Shown in pieces: positions 14,588 to 23,293 of a stretch of DNA of 32,000 nt; position 1 is the stretch's first letter; every line of letters starts with the position of its first letter. Location: the NCBI GenBank assembly GCA_963699255.1, contig OY969425.1:300001-332000 (forward strand), written 5' to 3'. Position numbers and translations under genes: made by a program. Source of the DNA: an uncultured bacterium (GTDB lineage: Bacteria; Margulisbacteria; WOR-1; CAVSGV01). The notes under the pieces were generated by a model, which saw only the letters and a list, made by a program, of their open reading frames with translations, was not told where the DNA came from and did not search any database.

Positions 14588-14607
14588 GGATGCTTCTTGA
14601 AGAATCC
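14588..14607. promoter_or_regulatory. 20-bp near-perfect palindrome upstream of the amino-acid permease (candidate operator)
   Basis: GGATGCTTC-TT-GAAGAATCC: 9-bp arms with one mismatch, 64 nt upstream of the 14671 start. Confidence 0.3.
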
Positions 14608-14670
14608 CGGGGTTATTGTTAAACTCTTCTGTGGGAAAGGGACTCTGACCTTTGAAAGGAAATATTTAGT

Positions 14671-16260
14671 TTGAGAGGATTGTTAGACCGGATATTAAGC
14701 GGCGACCTCTTTAAGATAAAGAAATTAAGCGCCATCATTAAGGACAGCGAGAACCCCGATAAAAAGCTGAAGAAAGTACTGGGCGCGTTCGACCTTATCA
14801 TACTCGGGATCGGCGTGATAATAGGCGCCGGCATTTTCGCAACGGTCGGAACGGCTGCGGCGGGGGATTCCATGAGGCCCGGAGCCGGGCCGGCGCTTAT
14901 CCTTTCATTCGCGATTACCGCGGTCGTGTGCGGGTTCGCCGCCCTGTGTTACGCGGAACTCGCTTCCATCGTTCCCATCTCCGGAAGCGCTTATACATAT
15001 TCATATGCCACGTTCGGCGAGATCATCGCCTGGGTGATCGGCTGGGACCTGATGCTGGAATATATCGTCGGCAGCATCGCCGTTTCAATAAGCTGGTCGG
15101 GATATTTTCAGAGCCTGCTAAGGGGCTTCGGCATGAATCTTCCCGCGTGGTTGTCCATAGATTTCAGGTCGGCAATGAACGGTTTCAACAAGGCGTCGTC
15201 GATACTGGCCGGCGGAAAAACCTTTGATAAATTGAACTCAGGCCTTCAATTCGCTTATAATGCCGTCTGTGGAGCTCCTCACATCTTCGGAGTGCCGGTC
15301 ATTTTCAACATGCCTGCTGTCGTTATCGTTCTGCTGCTCACGGCGCTACTTGTTAAAGGGATAAAGGAGAGCGCGCGTTTCAACACCGTCATAGTTCTGG
15401 TGAAACTCCTTGTGCTGGGATTTTTCATAGCTGTGGGCGCGTTCTTCGTTAAGCCGCACAACTGGATCCCGTTCGCCCCGAACGGTTTTGCCGGGATAAA
15501 GGCCGGCGCCGCGATCGCGTTCTTCGCTTACATCGGGTTTGACGCCGTCTCGACCGCGGCCGAGGAAACGAGGGAACCGGAGCGCAACATGCCGATAGGA
15601 ATAATCGGGTCACTTGTTATCTGCACCCTGATATACATGGCGGTTGCCGCTGTGTTCACCGGGATCATGCCTTTTTCAATGCTCACCGGCTCTATGGCGC
15701 ATCAGAAGGCGGAGCCGTTGGCGCTGGCTATGTCATACATCAATTTGGATTGGGCTGCCGGAATAGTGGCTGTGGGCGCGGTGCTTGCCCAGATAGCGGT
15801 CCTTCTTGTGCTTCTGATGGGGCAGGCGAGGATATTCTTTTCCATGGCGCGCGACGGACTTCTGCCTCCCGTTTTCTCAAGTGTCCACAAGATATTCAAG
15901 ACGCCTTACGTTACGACCATTCTGACCGGATCGATAGTTGCCCTGTTCGCCGCGTTCACAAACATTGAGGAGATGGTTGACCTGACGAATATCGGGACGC
16001 TTTTTGCTTTCGTGCTGGTCTGCCTTGGTGTCATAATTTTGCGCGCGAAAGAGCCGGACGTGAAAAGGGGCTTCACGGTGCCGCTCTGCCCCTGGATACC
16101 ACTGCTGGGCGCCGCGGCCTGCTTATTCCTTATGACAGGCCTTCCCCCTATAACGTGGTACAGATTCGTCATCTGGCTTATTATCGGCCTCGTCATCTAT
16201 TTCTCATACAGCTACAGTCACAGCCTTCTGCGTAAAAAAGCGAGCGTTGACCCGACTTAA
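14671..16260 (+). CDS. APC-superfamily amino acid permease (cationic amino acid transporter-like)
   Basis: 529 aa with about 12-14 TM helices. N-terminal motif LIILGIGVIIGAGIFATVGTAAA is typical of APC/CAT permeases. The start is taken as TTG 14671 because conserved N-terminal residues precede the first ATG. Confidence 0.88.
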   Translation: MRGLLDRILSGDLFKIKKLSAIIKDSENPDKKLKKVLGAFDLIILGIGVIIGAGIFATVGTAAAGDSMRPGAGPALILSFAITAVVCGFAALCYAELASIVPISGSAYTYSYATFGEIIAWVIGWDLMLEYIVGSIAVSISWSGYFQSLLRGFGMNLPAWLSIDFRSAMNGFNKASSILAGGKTFDKLNSGLQFAYNAVCGAPHIFGVPVIFNMPAVVIVLLLTALLVKGIKESARFNTVIVLVKLLVLGFFIAVGAFFVKPHNWIPFAPNGFAGIKAGAAIAFFAYIGFDAVSTAAEETREPERNMPIGIIGSLVICTLIYMAVAAVFTGIMPFSMLTGSMAHQKAEPLALAMSYINLDWAAGIVAVGAVLAQIAVLLVLLMGQARIFFSMARDGLLPPVFSSVHKIFKTPYVTTILTGSIVALFAAFTNIEEMVDLTNIGTLFAFVLVCLGVIILRAKEPDVKRGFTVPLCPWIPLLGAAACLFLMTGLPPITWYRFVIWLIIGLVIYFSYSYSHSLLRKKASVDPT

Positions 16261-16267
16261 ATTCAGG

Positions 16268-16295
16268 TTGCAGACGACCGGTTTTGTGCTATAAT
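16268..16295 (+). promoter_or_regulatory. candidate promoter with an extended -10
   Basis: TTGCAG (16268-16273), a 16-nt spacer, then TGTGCTATAAT (16285-16295). GAGG lies 6 nt before ATG 16317. Confidence 0.5.
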
Positions 16296-16316
16296 GAATT
16301 TGCTTTGAGGTTTACA

Positions 16317-16793
16317 ATGCGTTCAAGAATAACATTAGCTTGTGTATTATTGGCGTTTTCGCTCTTCCTGGTGGGTTGCCAGACCACTCTCGTGGTTCAT
16401 AAGGCGTCCGCTCCAAAGATCATACAGATATTCAAAGATTATGCGGGCATGCACGGGTACGCGATAACATTCCAGAACGATGATACGGGTTCGTATCATC
16501 TGAGCATGGGAAGTGTTTTCGTGCCGTATACCAGCTCCACGCAAAAATCCCAGTCGATCATCCAAAATAATCCTCCGGCGGGATCGAACCAGGCCATGAC
16601 CGCTTATGAGCAGACTTCATGGAACACCGTGGCAAATCCTTCGCATTATGAGGAAGCTACGGCGGCGGTCAGCATTATTCAGCAGGACAGCGACGTGCAG
16701 ATCCTTATCGATACGAACGATGCCGGCGGTTCGGCCCTTAATGACATGAAAGATTATCTCCAGAGCCTCGGCTACAGCGTCGATAACAAGTGA
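16317..16793 (+). CDS. lipoprotein, function unknown
   Basis: MRSRITLACVLLAFSLFLVGCQTT is a signal peptide with lipobox LVGC. ATG 16317 has a GAGG RBS. The track ORF begins 33 nt earlier. Confidence 0.7.
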   Translation: MRSRITLACVLLAFSLFLVGCQTTLVVHKASAPKIIQIFKDYAGMHGYAITFQNDDTGSYHLSMGSVFVPYTSSTQKSQSIIQNNPPAGSNQAMTAYEQTSWNTVANPSHYEEATAAVSIIQQDSDVQILIDTNDAGGSALNDMKDYLQSLGYSVDNK

Positions 16794-16808
16794 AAAGAGG
16801 GGAATCTT

Positions 16809-17273
16809 ATGAGATCTAGAACTGCTTTTATTATGATAGTTTGTTTCGCTATCGCATGCACAGCTGCGAGCGGCGAGGTCCGCCTGTATCGTCAGTTCAA
16901 GGATGTCTCGATCAAAGAGAACGGCAGGGTCGTTCAGTCCGTCGACGCAAAGAACCTATTTGAATGTACTTATGATCTGGACCTGCAGCACAACACCATC
17001 ACCCGTACGAAAATAAGGCGCCTTGATGACCCCGTCGGGCGCAAAGATGATGACGTTTACATAATAAAAGCAAAACAGCGCCTGCTGCCGAGCGAAGCGG
17101 GCAACGGCGGAAATGTGTATGTTGCCGTCGAAAAGGACGGGCACGAGATACTGGAGCTGGGCCATCGTTATGCTTTTACCACGCGGACCAGCCCGTTCTC
17201 ACAGGTGATCTCCGGGGTTTATAAGAGAGTGTACGATAAAGACCATGTCAGGCAGTGGCCCAGGAAAAAATAG
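16809..17273 (+). CDS. secreted hypothetical protein
   Basis: N-terminal signal peptide MRSRTAFIMIVCFAIACTAASGEV. RBS GAGGGGA upstream. No family recognised. Confidence 0.6.
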   Translation: MRSRTAFIMIVCFAIACTAASGEVRLYRQFKDVSIKENGRVVQSVDAKNLFECTYDLDLQHNTITRTKIRRLDDPVGRKDDDVYIIKAKQRLLPSEAGNGGNVYVAVEKDGHEILELGHRYAFTTRTSPFSQVISGVYKRVYDKDHVRQWPRKK

Positions 17274-17276
17274 TAG

Positions 17277-17621
17277 TCAGACAGCGCCGCACCGCTTTTT
17301 GAAATCCTCCAGCTGAGACTTGTTCAGACCGATGCTTGATATCCCGTCCAGGCGTTTATTTAGTTTCCCGTCCTTGAAATGCAGCACCGTCGGATAAACT
17401 TCGATCGAATATTCATCAACAAGGTCATCCTTATCGTCAACAAGGATGCGGACATGGCACTCTGAACTGGCTCCCGCGCTCTTGATGAATTCGGGAAGGA
17501 ATTTCTGCGAGTAGGGGCACCAAGAAGCATAGAAGAGGACGAACACGCTCTTTTTTTCTTTTATCGTTCTTGCAAAGTCTTTCGCGCTCCCGAGCAGTTG
17601 GCATATTTCTTTATTTGCCAT
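17277..17621 (-). CDS. thioredoxin-fold protein with monothiol CxxS motif
   Basis: VFVLFYASWCPYSQKFLPEF is a thioredoxin-like active-site context in which WCGPC is replaced by WCPYS. The later VYPTVLHFKDGK is the typical cis-Pro region. Confidence 0.8.
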   Translation of the reverse strand: MANKEICQLLGSAKDFARTIKEKKSVFVLFYASWCPYSQKFLPEFIKSAGASSECHVRILVDDKDDLVDEYSIEVYPTVLHFKDGKLNKRLDGISSIGLNKSQLEDFKKRCGAV

Positions 17622-17627
17622 AGCGCG

Positions 17628-18338
17628 CTACCTTTTTGTTCCTTTGAATGCGTGGCCGTCGGTGAATTTTGTGTCAATATGGGAGCCGTCGCAGAAAGGC
17701 TTGTTCGACGAAGCGCCGCAGCGGCAAAGGGTGACGCGGTTCCTTGCTTCATACTGGGACCCGTCAGCGGATACAATGGGAACGCATCCTTTAACCCATA
17801 AGGGGCCGCTGACATTTTTTTTCGTATCCTCAACAAGCCCTATGGAAGGTTCGAATGCGGGCTCGATCGGTTTGCCGGTCTGTTTGTCATATGCCACCAG
17901 CCGACCGGAAGGGCAATTGCAGGCTTCTTCTATCGCAGCCTTCTTGGATGCTGGATCGTCAGAATGTTCCGCAAGGTCCCAAGCGCTTCCCATCCTGTGG
18001 CAGAACATCGCGATTGAGCAGAAGCATTCGGAATCGTAAAGGTCCATTCCAGGCCCCTGGTTCTTTTCCGCTATATCCATGAAATTCTTTCTCTGGGCCG
18101 TTTCGGTCCCGTCAAAGCCGATCTTTATGTGCGTACTATCGCAGAAAGGCTTGTTGCCGGAGCGCCCGCATCTGCAGAGGGCGTAGCTTCCCTGGAGCGG
18201 ATATGTTTGTCCCTTTTCCCATTTTTCCGGTTCCCCGTCGCTCCCGATCACCTCTATGTCTTTTTCAAGAGGCAGGCTTCCGGAGACCATATACGGCCCG
18301 TTCTTTAATATCTTTATCTTCTTTTCATTGTTAGCCAT
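17628..18338 (-). CDS. CDGSH-type iron-sulfur protein with two CDGSH domains and a central Cys-rich domain
   Basis: Two CDGSH signatures, CRCGRSGNKPFCDSTH and CRCGASSNKPFCDGSH. They flank CFCSIAMFCH...ACNCPSGRL, which looks like a divergent 4Fe-4S mono-cluster domain. RBS GGAG. Confidence 0.85.
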   Translation of the reverse strand: MANNEKKIKILKNGPYMVSGSLPLEKDIEVIGSDGEPEKWEKGQTYPLQGSYALCRCGRSGNKPFCDSTHIKIGFDGTETAQRKNFMDIAEKNQGPGMDLYDSECFCSIAMFCHRMGSAWDLAEHSDDPASKKAAIEEACNCPSGRLVAYDKQTGKPIEPAFEPSIGLVEDTKKNVSGPLWVKGCVPIVSADGSQYEARNRVTLCRCGASSNKPFCDGSHIDTKFTDGHAFKGTKR

Positions 18339-18349
18339 GTCATCTCCGC

Positions 18350-18547
18350 TTATTTTTTCATCATTCTTATCTTTAAATTCTTGTAAGTTTGCAGACCGGC
18401 GTGGATCAAGGCAAATACGATAGTGATCATTGCCAGGTCCTTGTGCATCGCGAAGCCGAGCCTGAAGAATCCGTAGATAGCGGTCAGGAACAGGAAAAAG
18501 AATGTGGCGATACCCGAGTAGATGATCATGTTGTAAAGTTTGAACAT
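18350..18547 (-). CDS. small membrane protein (2 TM helices)
   Basis: 65-aa ORF with two hydrophobic helices. It ends 11 nt before the CDGSH gene start on the same strand. Confidence 0.5.
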   Translation of the reverse strand: MFKLYNMIIYSGIATFFFLFLTAIYGFFRLGFAMHKDLAMITIVFALIHAGLQTYKNLKIRMMKK

Positions 18548-18617
18548 TTGTCCACCTCCGATAAAAACGATCGATCCTGTTGGATATTATATACGCGAAC
18601 AGGTTTGTTTCAAGATG

Positions 18618-19952
18618 CTATTCCTTGTCCGCGATGACCTCGATATCGGATACTGTGTCTATGGCCTTCGCGATCTCGGGTATTATTCCCATCCTGATAT
18701 AGATCGGCCTGATATGTTTTCTTATTTCCGGGAGCCTGTAAGAAAAAGCAGCCGCGATAAACACGCAGCATATTCCGCTCAACGCGATGGCCGCCCTTGC
18801 TCCGAACAAGTGGGCGAATGACCCCGCATAGAGGCTTCCAAAGGGCGCCATGCCGAGAAAAGCCATCGAATAAAGGCTCATCACGCGCCCGCGCTTGTCC
18901 TCATCGACTATCGTCTGGAGTATCGTGTTGCTCGATGCCATCTGCATCACCATTCCGCATCCCGTCAGCAGAAGGAAGAAGCATGAGAGCCGGATATCGG
19001 ATGAAAGCGAAAGGGCTATGAGCGAGAAGCCGAATACCATCGAGGCGATGACTATGGTCCTTAGCAGCCCGACCACGTTATTTCTGGAGGCAAGGTAGAG
19101 AGCTCCGAGAAGCGCTCCGCATCCCGCCGAGGACATGAGCCAGCCCATGGTCTGCGGGCCTCCCCGCAGGATGTCCTTCGCTACCACCGGCATAAGGACC
19201 GTGTAGGGGGCGGCGATGAAGCTGATGCTGGCGAGCGCTAAAAGTATGTACTTTATCGGAGGGAAATGCGCCGCGTAGCTTATACCTTCTTTCAGCTCCC
19301 TGAACACGTGCGACTTGTGCGTGTGCGCCATCTTCGGCGTTATCTTCATCAGGAGGAGGGAAATTATCACCGCTATGTAGCTGATGCCGTTAAGGAAGAA
19401 ACATATGCCCTCGCCGAACGCCGCGATAAGCACTCCGGCGATGGACGGGCCGATAAGCCTGGCGGAATTCACCAGGGACGAATTAAGAGCGATGGCGTTG
19501 CCCATGTCCTCTTTTTTTTCTACCATCTCGATGACGAAAGACTGGCGGACGGGCGTATCGAACGAATTTATCATCCCCAGCAGGAGGCTGAGGACCATTA
19601 TGTGCCAGACCTGCGCTGTATGGGTCAGCACGATGAAGGCCAGCACGAAGGCCTGGATCATTGCGGCTGTCTGCGTTATGACCAGGATCCTGTGACGGTT
19701 CATCCTGTCAGCGATGACGCCGGCGATGGGCCCGAAGATGAACACCAAGATCTGGCTCAGGAACCCGACCAGCCCGAGCAGGAAAACGGAGCCGGTCATT
19801 TTATAAACAAGCCACGCCTGCGCCACGCTCTGTATCCACGTGCCGATGAGGGATATTCCCTGTCCGAAGAAGAACAATCGATAGTTGCCGGATGATAGTG
19901 CGCGGAAGAGATGCCTGAACCTTTTTGGTCTGTTGTTCATGAATTTCCGCAA
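18618..19952 (-). CDS. MFS transporter (EntS / MFS_3-like)
   Basis: 444 aa with about 12 TM helices. N-terminus FRALSSGNYRLFFFGQGISLIGTWIQSVAQAWLVY and loop motif GVIADRMNRHR are typical of this MFS subfamily. Confidence 0.85.
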   Translation of the reverse strand: MRKFMNNRPKRFRHLFRALSSGNYRLFFFGQGISLIGTWIQSVAQAWLVYKMTGSVFLLGLVGFLSQILVFIFGPIAGVIADRMNRHRILVITQTAAMIQAFVLAFIVLTHTAQVWHIMVLSLLLGMINSFDTPVRQSFVIEMVEKKEDMGNAIALNSSLVNSARLIGPSIAGVLIAAFGEGICFFLNGISYIAVIISLLLMKITPKMAHTHKSHVFRELKEGISYAAHFPPIKYILLALASISFIAAPYTVLMPVVAKDILRGGPQTMGWLMSSAGCGALLGALYLASRNNVVGLLRTIVIASMVFGFSLIALSLSSDIRLSCFFLLLTGCGMVMQMASSNTILQTIVDEDKRGRVMSLYSMAFLGMAPFGSLYAGSFAHLFGARAAIALSGICCVFIAAAFSYRLPEIRKHIRPIYIRMGIIPEIAKAIDTVSDIEVIADKE

Positions 19953-20016
19953 TTATAATGTAACCGCGGAGATAGTAAAGAGGGGAATACCCTTTTAGGG
20001 GCTAATACGGCGAAAG

Positions 20017-20027
20017 TGTGCTATAAT
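20017..20027 (+). promoter_or_regulatory. extended -10 promoter element TGTGCTATAAT placed 5 nt before the start codon
   Basis: This 11-mer is identical to 16285-16295. TATAAT ends at 20027 and the ATG is at 20033. No Shine-Dalgarno sequence fits in between. Confidence 0.4.
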
Positions 20028-20032
20028 AGCTT

Positions 20033-20254
20033 ATGCGTCTTAATGTGATAGTATTTCCTAATGCGAAACACGAAAGACTTGTCCAGGAAGAAGGCAGATC
20101 CAGGATTTACCTCGCTATCCCGACCAAAGATCCGCACCCAAATAAAGCGCTTATAAAGTTCCTTGCAGCGCATTTCTGCGTGCAGAAGAACAAGATCAGC
20201 ATAATAACCGGCGAGAATAGAAGGGAAAAACTGATAAGTATAATGAAAGGCTGA
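20033..20254 (+). CDS. DUF167 (YggU) family protein
   Basis: MRLNVIVFPNAKHERLV...IYLAIPTKDPHPNKALIKFLAAHFCVQKNKISIITGENRREKLISI fits the YggU pattern (V.P.AK......v....P..G.AN.ali.fLa....v....i.i..G..sR.K.i.i). Confidence 0.75.
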   Translation: MRLNVIVFPNAKHERLVQEEGRSRIYLAIPTKDPHPNKALIKFLAAHFCVQKNKISIITGENRREKLISIMKG

Positions 20255-20280
20255 GTTTTCCGAGAGGAGGGATGTAAGTG

Positions 20281-20469
20281 ATGAATGATCTTGATAAGAG
20301 AGTGAAGAACCTGGATACGCTCGATATCGCCCTGATAAAATGGTCCGCGCTCGTGGCGTGCGTTATAATCCTTAAGCTTTTTCCGCAGTTGCTGCACATC
20401 AGCTTCCTGCTGTTGATAGTGATACTTGTCGCGGTGGCGGCTAGGCCGGTATATAGATTCTGGAGTTAA
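20281..20469 (+). CDS. small membrane protein (2 TM helices)
   Basis: RBS GAGAGGAGGG upstream. ATG 20281 is immediately preceded by GTG 20278. Two hydrophobic helices. Confidence 0.5.
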   Translation: MNDLDKRVKNLDTLDIALIKWSALVACVIILKLFPQLLHISFLLLIVILVAVAARPVYRFWS

Positions 20470-20470
20470 A

Positions 20471-21037
20471 ATGAACCATGTAATGGATAACATTTTTGCC
20501 AGACGCAGCGTCCGCCTCTATAAGGATCAGGCGATCCCCGGAGAGATGATGGAGGAGATAATAAAAGCGGGGACGGCTGCTCCTTCCGGAAGTAACTCCC
20601 AGCCATGGAGATTTGTTGTGGTCACCGATAAGGGGATGAGGGAGAAGCTGGCAAAGCTCGCGGCCCCACGAGTGGAAAAATGGCTGGAGCAGTACGCGAA
20701 CGAGCAGTTCAAAATGCTCCGGAAACGCCTCGCTTCGAATAATGCCGACACGGTATATTATGGCGCTCCCGCAATAGTTTTCGTGATGGGGAAGGGGCGC
20801 ACCGCGCAGTTCGACTGCTCGATGGCCTGTGAGAACATGATGCTTGCCGCAAGGTCAATGGATATAGGAAGCTGCTGGGTGCTGTTCGGCCAGCTTGTCA
20901 TTGATGACGCGGAAGTAAAGAAAATGCTGGAACTGAAGGATGATGAAAAGGTTTACGGACCGATAATTTTCGGATATCCGAAAGGCGACTTTCCTCCGAC
21001 TCCGCCCAAAAATGAACCGGTGATCAAGTGGGTGTAG
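20471..21037 (+). CDS. nitroreductase family protein
   Basis: MNHVMDNIFARRSVRLYKDQAIP...GTAAPSGSNSQPWRFVVV is the standard nitroreductase N-terminal motif. ATG 20471 follows GGAG. The track ORF starts 45 nt upstream, inside the previous gene. Confidence 0.85.
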   Translation: MNHVMDNIFARRSVRLYKDQAIPGEMMEEIIKAGTAAPSGSNSQPWRFVVVTDKGMREKLAKLAAPRVEKWLEQYANEQFKMLRKRLASNNADTVYYGAPAIVFVMGKGRTAQFDCSMACENMMLAARSMDIGSCWVLFGQLVIDDAEVKKMLELKDDEKVYGPIIFGYPKGDFPPTPPKNEPVIKWV

Positions 21038-21059
21038 AAGGAGGATCCTATAGTAGGCC

Positions 21060-21530
21060 TTATTTTTTTATCGTGGCCTTTTCCTGAGCCTCTTTTGTAG
21101 CCGGCTTCCAGAACATCAGCTTTTCTTTAATAGTATTCCAAAATCCATATGATGTCGTCCCTGTTTTCACCGCTGTATCCTTCAATTTTTCCCCTACGTT
21201 TGACACCGTGTTGACGGGGATATCGATGATCCCGGAAGAGATGCCTTTGTTGACGCCGGAAGTGAAATCTTTTCCTGCATTTTCTGAGCCCTTAATCATT
21301 TTATTTACGGCAGCTATTTGTTTGTCTACTCTGTCCAGCTGTTTGTCAATCTTATATAAAGTCGGGGGCATATCCCTCCTGATGTTAGCAAGCTCGATCG
21401 AAAAGGTCGTCAGGGAAGCGGCGAGGTAAAACACGCCAATAGCGAGTAATATTAGTCCGATGGCTATGGGATTCAGGAAAAATTTGAATATATTGGTCAC
21501 GCGCTCCTTTAAACTTGGCATATCGAACAT
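21060..21530 (-). CDS. membrane-anchored hypothetical protein
   Basis: 156 aa with one N-terminal TM helix (PIAIGLILLAIGVFYLAASL) followed by a coiled-coil-like region. No family recognised. Confidence 0.55.
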   Translation of the reverse strand: MFDMPSLKERVTNIFKFFLNPIAIGLILLAIGVFYLAASLTTFSIELANIRRDMPPTLYKIDKQLDRVDKQIAAVNKMIKGSENAGKDFTSGVNKGISSGIIDIPVNTVSNVGEKLKDTAVKTGTTSYGFWNTIKEKLMFWKPATKEAQEKATIKK

Positions 21531-21548
21531 TATACCTCAGCCCGGCGA

Positions 21549-21824
21549 TTATTTCCGCTCAAAAAGGGTCCTCAGCTCGGTTTTAGCTTTATCAAGGATC
21601 TTTTTCCGCTTTACCGGAAGGTTCTTCCCGGCGCGGTTGATGTAGAAATTGAGCATCGACATCGCGGACCGGAATGGATCGGCTTTACGCCTCAAGCTAG
21701 TTTCTGCCGACCTCTTAAGCGACAGGGCTATCTGACGGGGAGATGCAAGAGTGAAGACGCCCTGCTCAAGGTCCAGTGCATTGCTTTCTCTTGTTACGCG
21801 CCCTGACCAGTATTTCTTTTTCAT
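21549..21824 (-). CDS. DUF3175 family protein
   Basis: KKKYWSGRVTRESNALDLEQGVFTL..PRQIALSLKRSAETSLRRKADPFRSAMSMLNFYINRAGKNLP matches the DUF3175 family as I recall it. The internal start MKKKYW (21824) is preferred over the track start at 21863. Confidence 0.7.
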   Translation of the reverse strand: MKKKYWSGRVTRESNALDLEQGVFTLASPRQIALSLKRSAETSLRRKADPFRSAMSMLNFYINRAGKNLPVKRKKILDKAKTELRTLFERK

Positions 21825-21970
21825 TGTAAGTAACCTCGCGTGGATGATCATATAATCAAGCAAAAATCAAATCAATCAGGAACTGTAAAATAATATGGAG
21901 CTGTGAAAAACTGTTGCGCGACTGGCCGACTGATATTAGAATTACGCCCTACTGAACAGGAGGTGAATTT

Positions 21971-22336
21971 ATGAAATTGAAAATTAAGGATTATATAGCG
22001 ATCTTCATCGGCGTGTTGGTCGCTTATTTCTATCTGGAGGTCCAGAAACTTTTTCTTCCGTATGTTATGTGGAGGCCGGCAATGGTCGCTGCCTATCTGG
22101 TCATTTTCGTCGTCCTTTTCTATATCATAAACCCTGAAAGACCTTATGACCTGAGCAAATGGATGAGCCTCTGGATGACCGTCGTGGCGCTGTGCATCAT
22201 AGTTGCCCTTGATATCATAATAAAGCATATCTCATTGGGCAGGCTCATGCACGGAGCACCTTATATACTGGCCACAACTTTGATCGCTCCGTTCATCGCG
22301 GGATATTTATACGGCTTGATGTCTAAAAAGAAATGA
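21971..22336 (+). CDS. integral membrane protein (4 TM helices), unknown function
   Basis: RBS AGGAGGTG 6 nt upstream. Four hydrophobic helices. Confidence 0.6.
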   Translation: MKLKIKDYIAIFIGVLVAYFYLEVQKLFLPYVMWRPAMVAAYLVIFVVLFYIINPERPYDLSKWMSLWMTVVALCIIVALDIIIKHISLGRLMHGAPYILATTLIAPFIAGYLYGLMSKKK

Positions 22337-22345
22337 GGTGGGACC

Positions 22346-22876
22346 ATGCTGCCGATAGGGCCGTTAATGATCGAGCACAGGCTGATTGAGAGAATGATCA
22401 GGCTGATGGATAAGGAACTACAGAAGATAGAGAAAAATAATACCGTTAATACCGGCTTTATCGATGTAGCTGTTGATTTTTTGCGGTCATACGCGGACAG
22501 GTGCCATCACGGGAAAGAAGAAGATATCCTTTTCAGGGACCTTTCAAAAAAGCAGATCTCGACCGAACACAACAACATAATGGAAGAGCTGCTGAAGGAG
22601 CACGCCGTAGGAAGGATAAAGGTCAAGAAACTGGCTGAGGCTAACGGAAAGTACGCCAGAGGGGACAAAAGCGCCGTACCGGACATAGTGTGCAACATGG
22701 AATTCCTTGTCGGTTTTTATCCGCAACACATTGAAAAGGAAGACAAGCATTTCTTCATCCCGTGCATGGAATATTTCAGCCACGCGGAAAAAGACGATAT
22801 GCTTGACGAAGAGCGGGAATTCGACAGGAAGTTGATCCATGAAAGATACGCGAAGATCGTTGAAGCGCTCGAATGA
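22346..22876 (+). CDS. hemerythrin-like domain protein
   Basis: His/Glu ligand pattern of hemerythrin-like cation-binding domains: MIEHRLIERM, CHHGKEEDILF, LKEHAVGR, YPQHIEKEDKHFF. Confidence 0.8.
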   Translation: MLPIGPLMIEHRLIERMIRLMDKELQKIEKNNTVNTGFIDVAVDFLRSYADRCHHGKEEDILFRDLSKKQISTEHNNIMEELLKEHAVGRIKVKKLAEANGKYARGDKSAVPDIVCNMEFLVGFYPQHIEKEDKHFFIPCMEYFSHAEKDDMLDEEREFDRKLIHERYAKIVEALE

Positions 22877-23133
22877 CAGGGAAATGGTTTGTTTACACCC
22901 TCAGATGCAACGATAAATCCCTGTATACCGGAGTCACCACCGACCTGAAAAGAAGGTTTGACGAACACAGGTCGGGGAGGGGCGGCGGATACACGCGCGC
23001 GCACAGACCGGAAAAGATTGTTCACTTTGAAAAGCTCAAAAGCAGAAGCGCGGCGCTGAAAAGGGAAGCGCAGATCAAGAAAATGTCGAGGAATGAAAAG
23101 ATAGCATTGATAAGAAAAAAGGAAGTTGGGTAG
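22873..23133 (+). CDS. GIY-YIG nuclease family protein (UPF0213-like)
   Basis: WFVYTLRCNDKSLYTGVTTDLKRRFDEHRSG...YTRAH.P..IVHFE is the GIY-YIG core. The start overlaps the hemerythrin stop (ATGA). Confidence 0.85.
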   Translation: MTGKWFVYTLRCNDKSLYTGVTTDLKRRFDEHRSGRGGGYTRAHRPEKIVHFEKLKSRSAALKREAQIKKMSRNEKIALIRKKEVG

Positions 23134-23236
23134 CGGGATGTAAGAGGTGTGTTTAGAGGTGAGAAGTGTGAAGATGGGGAAAACCCACATCCAACTTCAA
23201 ACATCTTAACTTACTTCTCATGTCCAATTACCCTAT
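23133..23236 (+). other. strand-asymmetric structured element between the GIY-YIG gene and mgtA
   Basis: 49 nt with no C (23135-23183) are followed by 38 nt with no G (23184-23221). The two halves are partly complementary: GAGAAGT 23161-23167 pairs with ACTTCTC 23213-23219, AAGATG 23171-23176 with CATCTT 23202-23207, and GGATGT 23136-23141 with ACATCC 23187-23192. AGAGGTG repeats at 23143-23149 and 23155-23161. Confidence 0.4.
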
Positions 23237-23265
23237 GTCTTATGTTTTGTCAGGCTTTCTCATCC

Positions 23266-23293
23266 TTGTGATTTCTTATCATAGGATTATAAT
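23266..23293 (+). promoter_or_regulatory. candidate promoter giving a near-leaderless mgtA transcript
   Basis: TTGTGA (23266-23271), a 16-nt spacer, then consensus TATAAT (23288-23293). The ATG at 23304 is only 10 nt downstream. The intervening TTAATTAATT has no Shine-Dalgarno sequence. Confidence 0.4.

Noticed and set aside
19266-19895. 209-aa plus-strand ORF, and 19384-19695
   Set aside because: They lie antisense to the MFS_3 transporter gene and are highly charged with low complexity. There is no RBS or homology.
22717-23190. 157-aa minus-strand ORF spanning the hemerythrin 3' end and the GIY-YIG gene
   Set aside because: It lies opposite two well-supported plus-strand genes and has no recognisable motif.
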